Source: Amoebophrya sp. A120 (Eukaryota > Protista > Dinoflagellata). Taken from it: a stretch of 64,000 bases of DNA. The notes below the pieces were generated by a model, which saw only the letters and a list, made by a program, of their open reading frames with translations, had not been told where the DNA came from and did no database searches. Shown piece by piece: positions 13,101 through 23,500 of this stretch (its first letter is position 1; the number at the start of each line of letters is the position of its first letter). The stretch lies in NCBI GenBank assembly GCA_905178155.1, contig CAJINV010000006.1, positions 2,954,658 through 3,018,657 on the forward strand, written 5' to 3'. The translations under genes and the position numbers were made by a program.

Positions 13101-13346
13101 TCTTCTGTAATGCAAAACACCAAATGCACAACCACATCTTGGTCTTCCCTGCAAGGATTCATTGTTTGCACGACAAATTTTTGAAGCTCCAGCAGTACCA
13201 CAGTCCGCTCGCAGGTTTGTCATGCCGAAGCGACATTTCTGCCGTTGCTTCTGTTGCTGCCCATGCGGTAGTTTCAATGCGGGTGGGGGGGAAATTGTGC
13301 ACTCTCATACGAGAACCTGAATTCGCAACTGGAGGCGTTAATGTGA
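1168..13346 (+). CDS. Large low-complexity/coiled-coil protein gene (5' end upstream of window), split by 27 TAT..ATA introners
   Basis: Removing element + 5 nt at 1323-1472, 1515-1723, 1928-2133, 2195-2423, 2448-2711, 2757-3031, 3916-4212, 4326-4636, 4689-4974, 5205-5483, 6262-6569, 6642-6775, 7481-7787, 8016-8288, 8784-9021, 9098-9352, 9397-9649, 9873-10138, 10262-10569, 10658-10876, 11062-11314, 11393-11542, 11604-11761, 11820-12093, 12150-12440, 12518-12744, 12803-13309 gives one frame (LAQQKSKKLKEAELRIEKERRE...KKIR|LLEKKNAVYVKE|LKETEKK...MENLNSQLEALM*), TGA at 13344-13346. No recognisable domain. Confidence 0.85.
1323..1472. mobile_element. Introner family B (TATGAACTGCAAAAGTATCGTAC..GATACTTTTGCACAGGATA), ~150 bp
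   Basis: TSD TCCGG. Other copies start at 6642, 11393, 11604, 14687, 17284, 18880, 27889, 29530, 31445, 46500, 47108, 48167, 51803, 53850, 59262, 60070, plus a partial copy ending near 116/1167. Confidence 0.95.
1515..1723. mobile_element. Introner family H (TATCG..AGAAAAAACTGTTTCACTG)
   Basis: TSD AGAAC. Other copies at 29907-30153 and 30920-31134. Confidence 0.9.
2448..2711. mobile_element. Introner family A (TIR TATCAAATGCAAAAATGTCTGGGTCTGGAA), ~37 copies, mostly 250-300 bp
   Basis: TSD TGCCG here. Other copies start at 2757, 3916, 4689, 6262, 8016, 9098, 9397, 9873, 11062, 12807, 14921, 15600, 16981, 17484, 17809, 18578, 27492, 28901, 29233, 30248, 35049, 35392, 42424, 43206, 45140, 45477, 46185, 47631, 48836, 49571, 51152, 51996, 53117, 58200, 58521, 63810. 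Confidence 0.95.
4326..4636. mobile_element. Introner family D (TAT....AGAAAAATCCCCCTCCCC), ~310-340 bp
   Basis: TSD ACCTC. Other copies start at 10262, 18178, 30564, 32970, 49163, 50273, 53498, 58858, 59635, 60291. Confidence 0.93.
7481..7787. mobile_element. Introner family E (TATGGAAGCGTCAGGATCGAAATC), ~305 bp
   Basis: TSD TGGTT. Other copies start at 16071, 28528, 41779, 52741, 54409, with a diverged copy at 22394-22645. Confidence 0.93.
8784..9021. mobile_element. Introner family I (TATGGCGTTCTCAA)
   Basis: TSD GAAGA. Related copies at 36839-37108, 21313-21550 and 22136-22362. Confidence 0.9.
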
Positions 13347-14543
13347 TAAAAATAAAGAAAAGAATAAAATAACTCGTTTACATTGCGGCGATCATCTTCA
13401 CATCACAGCGCTTTTACATGCCAAATGCACGAAGCAGAGCGAGTATGCAGATTTGAATTTCTCACGAAACTCATTGCGACTAGTAAACGTCACTGCTGGA
13501 AGTGGAAGACCACGCCATGGAAAGCTGTGGATTCATTTTCTTAAGCATTTAGAACACGGCAAGAGTAAGAAAAGTAGCACGCGCGGAATTAGTCGACGAG
13601 AATTACTAGACATTTCTTCAAGATGAAATCTCCACAGCAAACATTGTGGAGAAAATGTCGCCGGACTGCTCACATCAATGCTTCTGGTAGCGAGGAGTCC
13701 ACGTGAACTGATTTCACTTCTCGGTCAGAAAGTCGTGCGTTTGTAGTTACCTCGAACAACAATTGTCAGTAGAGTCAGCTCTTCTATACTTCGGTGCAAT
13801 CGAGGTCGTATTACTACAGTGCTAAGGAGCAGCACCGACAATTATCCTGACGGAGGGGTTGAAAGTAAGTACTTGAGAGATGAAAGGAGTACGTACAGTC
13901 GAGTTAACAAGAGGTGAACTCGGTAAATTAAACTTTGCATCAAGGGCCGGGGGGTAGATAACTAAGAAAATCGTGTTTTCGCTGTGTGTGCCCTGATGTT
14001 CGACAGCACTTTGAAGTGCTTTCTTACACACAACTACATGCATCGTATTTTTTTCAATTTTCGTCCTACCCTGCCTCTCTCCATTTTCTTTTTCCCTCAG
14101 GTCTTTTTGGCTTCGCGACTGAAGTGCAGATCTTGAACCACCTATAATTTTTTTCTACCCATCAGCTATTTCGACGTCCCATTTCGTTGCATGGCATAAC
14201 AACATCAAATTTATCATTCTTGTCAAAAATATAAATAACCACCTTCTTTATAATTATTCCGCCCACATTTTTTCATTCTCAGTAGTACGAAGTCGCTAGT
14301 TTTTTTTTGGCGCTTGTTCTATCTTGTGATAGCACATCCAATATCATTTTGTGAGCTTTATTATTCTATATTCTTTTTTTGGGGCTGTGTGCAGCTTTTT
14401 CTTGTCAAATTGTTTTACACCTTCCTGATTTTTCCTCTTTCTGCCTTCATGTAACTTCCTCTTGCCGTTGCTTTTGAATTTGAATTTGCATACTGTACTA
14501 CTTCACCACATTATACTATCGCAATCAGAAACAACACCAAACT

Positions 14544-17500
14544 ATGGCGACCAGCATGATGAGGAATTCATTATTTGCAAGCAGAGGCACCAGCGCAGCC
14601 GCAGCGTCGTCACTTCTCGGTGGCCCGGCCATGATTTTTTTCTTCTCTACCATTCTCTTCCTCGCACATCAACCGGTGACGGCTTTTATCAACTGCAAAA
14701 GTATCTTACTAGTAGCAATTGCAATACAAATTTTTAGCTCAGCATGACAACTGGAATTTGTCATGCTGTTTTACAATTGGCATGGAAATTTGTAATGCAT
14801 GATTGTGATTACTACGAGTACGAAATACTTTTGCACAGGATAGTTTTGTCCCGCTGGCAAGTGTCCTACCAAGATGTGGGCTCTGAGGACTACGTGCTCA
14901 CGATGTCGTGGTACCACGATTATCAACTGCAAAAATGTCTGGGTCTGGAAGATTCTAAACTTGTCATGCTAAATCTGAAGCATGCAAAAATCTGTGTTGC
15001 ATGATTGCCAAAAGTCGTCCAGTTTTCACCAAGTCGGGAGGGAGTTTCTCATGCAGGATAGGCATGAGAGAGATCGCACAGAATCTGTCATGCTAGGTCC
15101 TGCATTCCAGACCTCATGGGTCATGGAAAAGCAGCATGACAAATTGCGCATTCTTCCAGACCCAGACATTTTTACATTTGATAACGATCCCCAGCTCGCG
15201 ATTGTCGGGCGTGACCTAGCGAAAAATCCCGGCCTATGCTGTGCAACAGCGTCCCCATCCCAGCGTTGGGAAATCTGCAAGACAAATCAACAAACCTTGG
15301 CTGTTTCGCATGACAAGTTTTGGCTCGCAATGTCGCCGCGTTTAGCTAGTGCAGCAGCATCGCAAATCTAGGTCTAGCCTCTTATGCTGTTCCGAGCATC
15401 ACAAATTTGAATTTCAAAACAGCACTAGAAAATGCGTCCCATGGGGCTCCGCATGAGAGGCACTTGTAGCATGCAGATTTGCATGACAACTCTGGGGCGG
15501 GGACGTTTTTACACAGGATACGGTCAGCAGGACGGATCGACCTCGAAGACCAAAGCTGCTCTAGGGGTGTGCGACCCTCAGTCCACCGCAAAAGCGGCCT
15601 ATCAAATGTAAAAATGTCTGGGTCTGGAAACTTGTGATGCTGGGTGGCGTCTCATGGTGAGGCTACAAATGCTGGCTCAGCATGACAAGTTTCTGAGCTC
15701 CTAGGTGTTGCCTATTCTGCATGACAAACTGCGCTTCTGCATCTTCTTCTTCCACTGCGTGTCTCCACCTAGGGGTATCGGCAGAGGCTAAATCTGTTCT
15801 AACGCCCAGGTATTGGCAGAGGCTAAATCTGTTCTAACGCCGACCCGCCAGGAGTTAAATGGTACTACTACTACTACTACTACTACTACAACTGCATCTT
15901 CTTCTTCACAGAAAAACCAAGCTCTTGGGTAACTTGCATGACAGATTTAAGAGTCATGCCAGACAAGCATGACAAACATGAATTCTTCCAGACCCAGACA
16001 TTTTTACATTTGATACGGCCGACGGGAAGCTGTATTGGGCGCCCAGGATTTTTCCGCAGCCGGTTTCGGCTATGGATGTGTCAGGATTGCAATCGACAAA
16101 GTTGAAATAACTTGCAATGCATAAAATCGATACCAATTGGACCCACAGTTTCTAGTCGGTGCATGACAAATTTTATCCGTAGTACCGGAGGCCAGTTTGT
16201 GATGCTGTTTCGGGCAAAGGGGCTCCCCTCTGTCATGCTAATCAGCAGCCCAATTGTTCTCGACCCTTACCAGCACTACAAAAATCTGCTTCTCTTGCGT
16301 CCCCTGCAATAGAGGCAATTTCTGCGTTGCATTTCATGCATGGCAAACTATTTCATCCTGACACAACCATATCGGCTGAGGTGACGAGAAAAACCGGGAT
16401 TCACTTTGCTTCCGTCGACTGGCAACCCTGCGGACACAAGGACGTATCCTGAGTAAAAACGTACCCACACCAGAGTTAGGATGAGGGTTTTGCAACACAA
16501 ACCTACGAGTTTTGTGCGTCACGCATGACAAGTTCAACTCTGCAGTGTAGTGCAGGTTAGCAAGTGCAGCCGCATCACAAATCCAGCTGCTCCTCCTGTT
16601 CACAGCATCACAAATTCCAAAACACGATTGGAAATGGCTCTCATGGGGATGCGCATTATAAGTCTTCCTGTCTTTGCAAATCTGCATTACAACTCTGGTG
16701 TGGGTACGTTTTTACTCAGGATAGGACGTCGTGATTTGTCATGGCGAGTCCCACTACGACTTTCACCTCTATTACGTCTCGCAGGCGGAGTTGAATGGGT
16801 ATACGTGCAGCAATCCAAACCCGGTGTGCCCAGATTTGGATGACACCAACCAGAGAAACCACAAGTTTTACAAGCTCATGAAGGGCAACATTCCCTCCTT
16901 CGCGGACAAAGCCACCGGAGACACGCAACAGTTCAACTTCTGCGTGGACCCGACGAGCGCGATGCCGAACTCGGGCATCCTATCAAATGCAAATATCCCT
17001 GGATGTCTGGAAGGATGCCAACTTGTGATGCTGCCTTTGGATAATTCTACACGAAATCTGTATTGCGTGAAAAGCAGTAAAAGAGGTCCACTCTTTGCTA
17101 CGCGGAGAGGTGGGCATTTCTCATGCGGTATGGGCATCGGAAAGCCCTCGCAGAATCATCACAGACGTCGTGGGTCATGCAAAAGCTGCATGACAATAAA
17201 CTTCTGCACGACTCTTCCAGACATCCAAGGATATTTGCATTTGATACATCCACTACGGGGACAAATCGGAAACGCTTTCCGAGTATCCTGTGCAAAAGTA
17301 TCTGATACTCGTATTGCAATCATGCATTACAAATTTTTTTCTTGAGGTAAATCAGCATTACAAATTTTCTTTCTCATGCTGAGGAAATTTGTAATGCATT
17401 TATACGAGTACGATACTTTTGCCATTCATACCGAGTGGAGAAACCCGGTGACGGTGCTGGGGTCCTACGACTGCAAGTTGACCTATCAAATGCAAAAATG

Positions 17501-20500
17501 TCTGGGTCTGGAAGGTTGGAACTTGTCATGCTAAATCTAAATCATGCTAAAAACTGTGCTGCGTGATTGCTAAAAGTTGTCCACTTTTGACCTAATCGGG
17601 AGGGAGTTTCTCATGCAGGATAGGCATGAGAGAGATCGCACAGAATCTGTCATGCTATGTCCTACATACCAGACCTCATGGGCCATAGAAAACCTGCATG
17701 ACAAGACTGGCAATCTTCCAGACCCAGACATGTTTGCGTTGCATATGACCTTTTTCGAGCCCATGTTCTCCTGGAAGTGGGTACAGGGGAAGACGGGCAG
17801 CGGGGAGCTATGCATTGCAAAAATGTCTGGGTCTGGAAAAGTTGAACTTGTGTTGCATGTCTTGCATTCCTGAAAAATCTGTGTAGTTGCACAGCCAGCA
17901 AGAAAGGCGCTACTTTTTCGTCCTGCAAAAACGCAGTTTGTCATGCGTGCTACGCATCAGACGGCGTCAATCATGCTTGGCTGCACTTGAGAGCGCCAGT
18001 CTCATCCAAACTTTAGCATCACAAATTTCCAGACCCAGACATATTTGCATTTGATAGGAGTGGCCCAAATACGACAGCGGCCGGATCACATACGACGAGA
18101 AAAATTTCCGCCCTTTACCGGACTCCTGGTCGGTGGAAGTCGACCGGGTGGCCTGCGCGACAACCAACCCGAGCTCGTATCAAAAACAAAAATCCCCCCT
18201 GCCCATATCGAAAACGAGATTTGTCTTGCTGTATTTGAGTACACAAATCACATTTGCGTTGCAGTGGAGCACTGCACGCAGATTGCAAGCCTAGCTAGGG
18301 GCCTTTTGGTGTAGGCGCCTAGCATGGTAGACGGCTGCGCTGTAAACCTTACAGCGTCCTCACAAATCGCCTGCATGGCGTGACTGACAGCCTGGACTTG
18401 CCTCCTTGCAAGACAGACGCGATTTGTGGCCACAAATCTGCGTCGCAAATTTTCAGACGGATGCGCTTTCAATATGGGAAGGGGGATTTTTCCTTGCGAT
18501 AGCTCGGATTGCAAAATCACGGTGACCATCCGCGGCAAGCGGTGCGGCGCCAGCGGGTGCGGGGCCCTGCCGCAGGATATCTGCTGCAAATATGTCTGAG
18601 TCTGGAAGATTGCCGCGCTTGTCATGCAGGTTTTGCATGACCCATGAGGTCTGATTTGTAGGACATAGCCTGACAAATTCTGTGACAGTTCTATAATCAT
18701 GCCTATTTTACATGAGAAACTGCCTCTCGGTTAGGTCAAAAGTGGACAGCTTTTGGTAATCATGCCACTACTACACAGATTTTTGCATGTTCTTTCAGTG
18801 TTAGCATGACAAGTTGCAGAGTTTCAGACATCCAGGGATATTTGCAATGCATACAGGAGTGTGGCCTGCAACGGAACTGTATGAACTGCAAAAGTATCGT
18901 ACTCGTATAAATGCATGACGTCGCCTCGGTAGTGTCGTGGCCTCGGTACGCCACTACAATTTGGCGCACCGAGGCTAGAAGAAGTTTCTTTAGAACGCGC
19001 ATACAAAATGGCGCACCGAGGCCAAAAGTGCCAAGTTTTCGGAGTGGCCGCCTCGGTGCACCGAGGCCGACGGCCTCGGTACGCCAAATTGTATGCCGGA
19101 ACGAAGCAGCAGACGGGCGGAACACAATCACGAAAATGGAGAAAAGCGCTCCGGGCGCAGCGGTGCCAAGATTGGTTTTTTTGGGGTGAGACGGTGAGAC
19201 ACGTGAAACAAATTCGATGTTGTTGCCGTGCGTTTGGGGCAGTGCTCGTCGCGCGACGCCGCGAGCAGAAGCTCCCGCGGAAGGCAGGGGGCGACGCAGG
19301 CGCGGGCGTGTGCGAAGCGAAAAAACGCACGCGAAATCGCGAAGCATGCAAGCGCAGAAAAAATCAAAACGGAGAAACTTCTCCAGCCCGCACACAGTTG
19401 CGCTGCGATGCGTGTCTGTAAAATTAGGACTCTATAGTAAAAGAAGCTGGTCGCAAAAGTTTAGCGCAAGATAGTCCCGCGCGAAAAGGAAAAACAAAAA
19501 GCGCGGCAACAGATATAAAATAAAACAGAGCACAGCGATGAAAATGAGCAAAATCCTGAATAGGTACCGGCATGGCTGCAGGCGCGCTGGCATTATTTAG
19601 TAATTGAGTAAGCTGCGCGCGGCTATAGTTACACGGTGGAGCCACAGATTATAGATCGGATAATATTGCAGTGCGGATGACATAAAAAGGCGCGAACTAG
19701 ACGAATTGCGTTGCAGAGCGGAACGGGACAGACAAAAAAAACTACAGGCTGCGCTATGTACCACACAAAAAAAAAGTAAAATCTAGTAGAGAGAAGCGCA
19801 GCACTGAGGGGTGCGCGAGCATGGAGTGAGTTGCGTCCAGTGTGAGGCGGAGGTGGTGCAACGACGTGAATGAGCCGAAGCTCATCCAATGCGTCAGATT
19901 GGACCACCAACGCGCCCCCACCTGGGCGGAAACAAATGAAAGGCAAGTTTTTGCAGGAGAAAGTAATGATCTTGGTTCATAGTACTGGAACTTACAGAAA
20001 AAAGCAGAGCAAATAAAATCAGTTGCGGTGAGCGAAAGTCGCAAGCTGGTGCGCTCGACGTTCGCGACGCTGCACGCTACTCACACCGCGTCCAAGAGGG
20101 AATCGGGGTGGTTCGCCATCGTCGCTGCCATTTCGCGAAATTGGACGGGCAGGTCGGCGCGCGCCGCGACTTCGACGTGCCAGGCTCCGCACAGGACTCC
20201 CGGCAACCCGTTTGCCACCTTGGCTTTGCGCAGCTTCGTCCCCGTCAGGTGGACACACCAAACGGGATCGGCAACCGTTTTGGCGTAGTTGACGGTCGCG
20301 CGCAGCTTCGCGCGCTCGTCGCCAGCTTTGTTATACCACCAAATCTTCGCGCGCAGGCCGCCGGCACTGTACAGGACCGCGTACATGCCGCGCGAAATGA
20401 AGCGCACCGAGTCCGCAACCGCGCGGAACTGGCCCACGTCGCGGTAGTCGGCGTCGCCAAGGTCGCGAAACATGGCCGGCGGCTGCTGCAGCGGCGCTGC

Positions 20501-23500
20501 GATGTGCCAAGCTGCGGAGCAAGCGCTTGGAGACACGCGGGGGGGAGCGGGCGCAGCTTTCCCCGGCGGGCCGGGTGGGCCGATCGCGTCTTGCAGGACC
20601 TCGAGCACGCCAACAGCGGGCGGCGGCGCAGCGGCTGCCTTTTTGGCGGCGGGCTGTTTCGCTTTCGGCGGCGCGGCGAGTCGCCCGCCCGTCTTCGGCG
20701 GCGGCGTTTTAGACGGAAGCAGGGGCGCAAGCGTATCCGCCGCCGCCGGCAAGAGGGTCGCCGCGGCTGGCTTCAAGTTGTCCCGGTGCTGCCCACGATA
20801 AGTGCGCCCATCGATGTCAATGTCAGCAAGCTTGCCCGTGAGCGCCACCACTGTCCCGGGCCCGTGCCAACCTTTCCGCCCGAGCTGCGTATTTTTCAAA
20901 AATACGCTCTGCCCGATTTGCAGCTCCGGCGGCTCCGGCCGTTGCCCCCCCTGCTTGTTGAAAAACTGCTTGCGATTCTTGGTCGCGTTGGCTGCCGCCA
21001 CGTCCTTGGCCGCAGCAATGGACGCGGGGCGGTCCTGCTCAATGCGCTCCACCGCAGCAGCACGTTCGCCGAACAGCGATTCGGCGTCACTGCTGTCGGG
21101 CGACGGGGAAGAAGCGCTGTCGCCCGGACGCGGCGTCTCGAGCGCTGGCTCCTCGTCGGTCGAAAAATCGGCGTCCCAGGCGCCTTCGAACTCGGCCCGA
21201 AGAGCGGGCAAAGGGTCCGGCTGCGCGGAGCTGCTTGCAGCGATGGACAACGCGGCAGCTTGGTCCAACGTGCGCAGGTCAACGCCGTACAACAGGCGCG
21301 CCGCGCTTGTTTTATGGGGCGCTCAGGCGCGACGCGCTCAGCCGCGGCAGGTGTTGCCATGCAAGCACGCAGTGCGACGGAGGCAAAGTAACTGCGCCCC
21401 GCATGAAAAACGCGCGAGAGGCCACGCAGCAGGCAAATGGAAGCGAGGCCCGTGAGCAGTGCCAGCAGTTTACGTGCCTCGCAGGGGCTGTTCTTTCATT
21501 GCATGCAAAAGGGCGCCGCGGCTGAGCGCGTAACGGCTGGCGGCGCCATACTTGCCGCGGGCGCGGCGGGAAGCGGCTGCGTTCGTTGCCAGCTGCACCA
21601 GCGGAACATATTCCGGCCAGCGGCTCAGGTCCCGGCGCGCCAACTGGAGGGAAACGCGACCCACCATTTTTTCGGCCTGTCCGTTGGACATCGGGCGCCC
21701 CGGCGAGATCGTCGTGTGGCGAAACCCGAGAGCCTCCGCAAGGCGCTTGATGGCGGCAAATTCCGTCCCGGCATGAACACGAAAGCCGCAGCGCACGCGG
21801 CCCCCCGGTGATAGCAAAAGCCTGGCGCTTTTGCCGAGCCGGGGGCGAATGCGGCGCGGCTGTTCACTTGCTTAACCGTTGTCCGTGTGGTATTCCAGGC
21901 CAACCCCGAAAAAGCTCACCAGCTTGACCTGTCGTAAGGATCGCAAAAGCGTTTCGATTTGGAAAAGCAAAGGCGCGGCGCGCCTACTGAATGCAAAAGC
22001 AAAAGCGCAACGAAGAGGCACGGCACCAAAAAAAAAAAAGAGGGAAAAAACAAGAAGCATACCCAGGCACCGTGGACGCACGCCATCGACTTCCGCTCGA
22101 TGGGTTCCAGGAAGCAATAGCCCGTGACCCACGCCTATGGCACTCGCAAACGTTGCCCCCCCAGCTCTCTCGCGCATGAATTTGCAACGCAAGAACGGCG
22201 AGGCAAAGCGGAAACGGGTAGATTGCGCCCTTTGCGTTACAGAGGCAGCACAGATTTAGGCACTGTCTAGCCCTGCGGATAGTTGTCATGCCAGAAGCAG
22301 CTTAATCGCGGCGAATGCCAAAGCGCGTAGCCGCTGGGAAGGCAACAACTGCGAACGCCATAGCTCGACCGCCACAAAAAGGTATCGGCAACTTATGCAG
22401 GCGCCGAGACCGAAATAGGCAAAATCAAAAAAGAAAAATCTGGCGCCCCCCCTGGCGGGGTGCTGGACTCTCGCTTTTCGATTCTGACGCCCTCGGGCCT
22501 CGTTGGCCAAACTAGCCGTGGCGGCATGCTTGGGCGCGTCAGAATCGAAAGGGGCTCCGGAGGGGGTGACTTAGTTTCGTCCCTCCCCCCAAGGACTGCC
22601 AGAATTTTTTTTGCGATTTTGTCGATTTCGATCGTGGCCCCCATACGGTTTTCGACGAGCGGCATCTTTTTCAAGTCCAAAGCCCAGCGGTCGAGGGGCG
22701 CGGCCTGCTCGAAGGCGGCGCGCTGGAAACCGCTGCGGAAGGTCGCTGGCGCGCTGAAGGGCGCAGACCGCTGGCAGGCCAGGCAATCGGTTTTCGCTTT
22801 CGCCGCTGCTTCTTTCATCCCACGGAAATACACCTTCCAGCGCTGCAGGACAGATAACGTCGCCTCCCGCCCCCCGTGCGTCTCCTCATGCGCGCGGCGA
22901 GTGAGATCCGCGGCGCGCTCGTCGTCCCAAACGATTTCGTGCCATTGTCCCCGCAGGCTGTCATTGGCTTTGCCCAGGAAGCGCGTCCCCATGCGCACCA
23001 GAATTTTGCCGTCGCCCCACATGAAATCCTCTTCCCGCTGCTTCCACCAGCGGGCCGCGTAGCGCCCCAGCGGCGCCGCCAATGGTTCCCCCTGAAGCAG
23101 CGCGGCCATCTGGTGCTGCGTCACCGGAAACAGCTCCGCGGACGCCGGGTCTGCTGCTTCCAGCGGAAGTTCGGGCCCCGCGTCCTCGCCCAGGAACAAG
23201 AGGTCCGAAACTTTCGGTGAAGGCGGGCGCTTCGGGTTGCGCAGGTTGCGCTCGACCGCGACAACCGGCACGGCAGACGGGTCGAACATGAGGACGCGGC
23301 AGGTGAAGCCGTTCTTCGGATTGACCGAGCCGACGGCTCGGCCAAGTTGCCCGCTGCGATTCGCGTCCGGGTCGGTGTTGTTGTACTGGTCGTACAGTTC
23401 GGCCCGGGTTGCGTCCGCCTTCACCTGCGTGGCGAACGCGTGCCAAACCTGGTAATTCCCACCCCCAAACAGCGCGTCGGCGGCTCCCGCTCCGCTCGTT

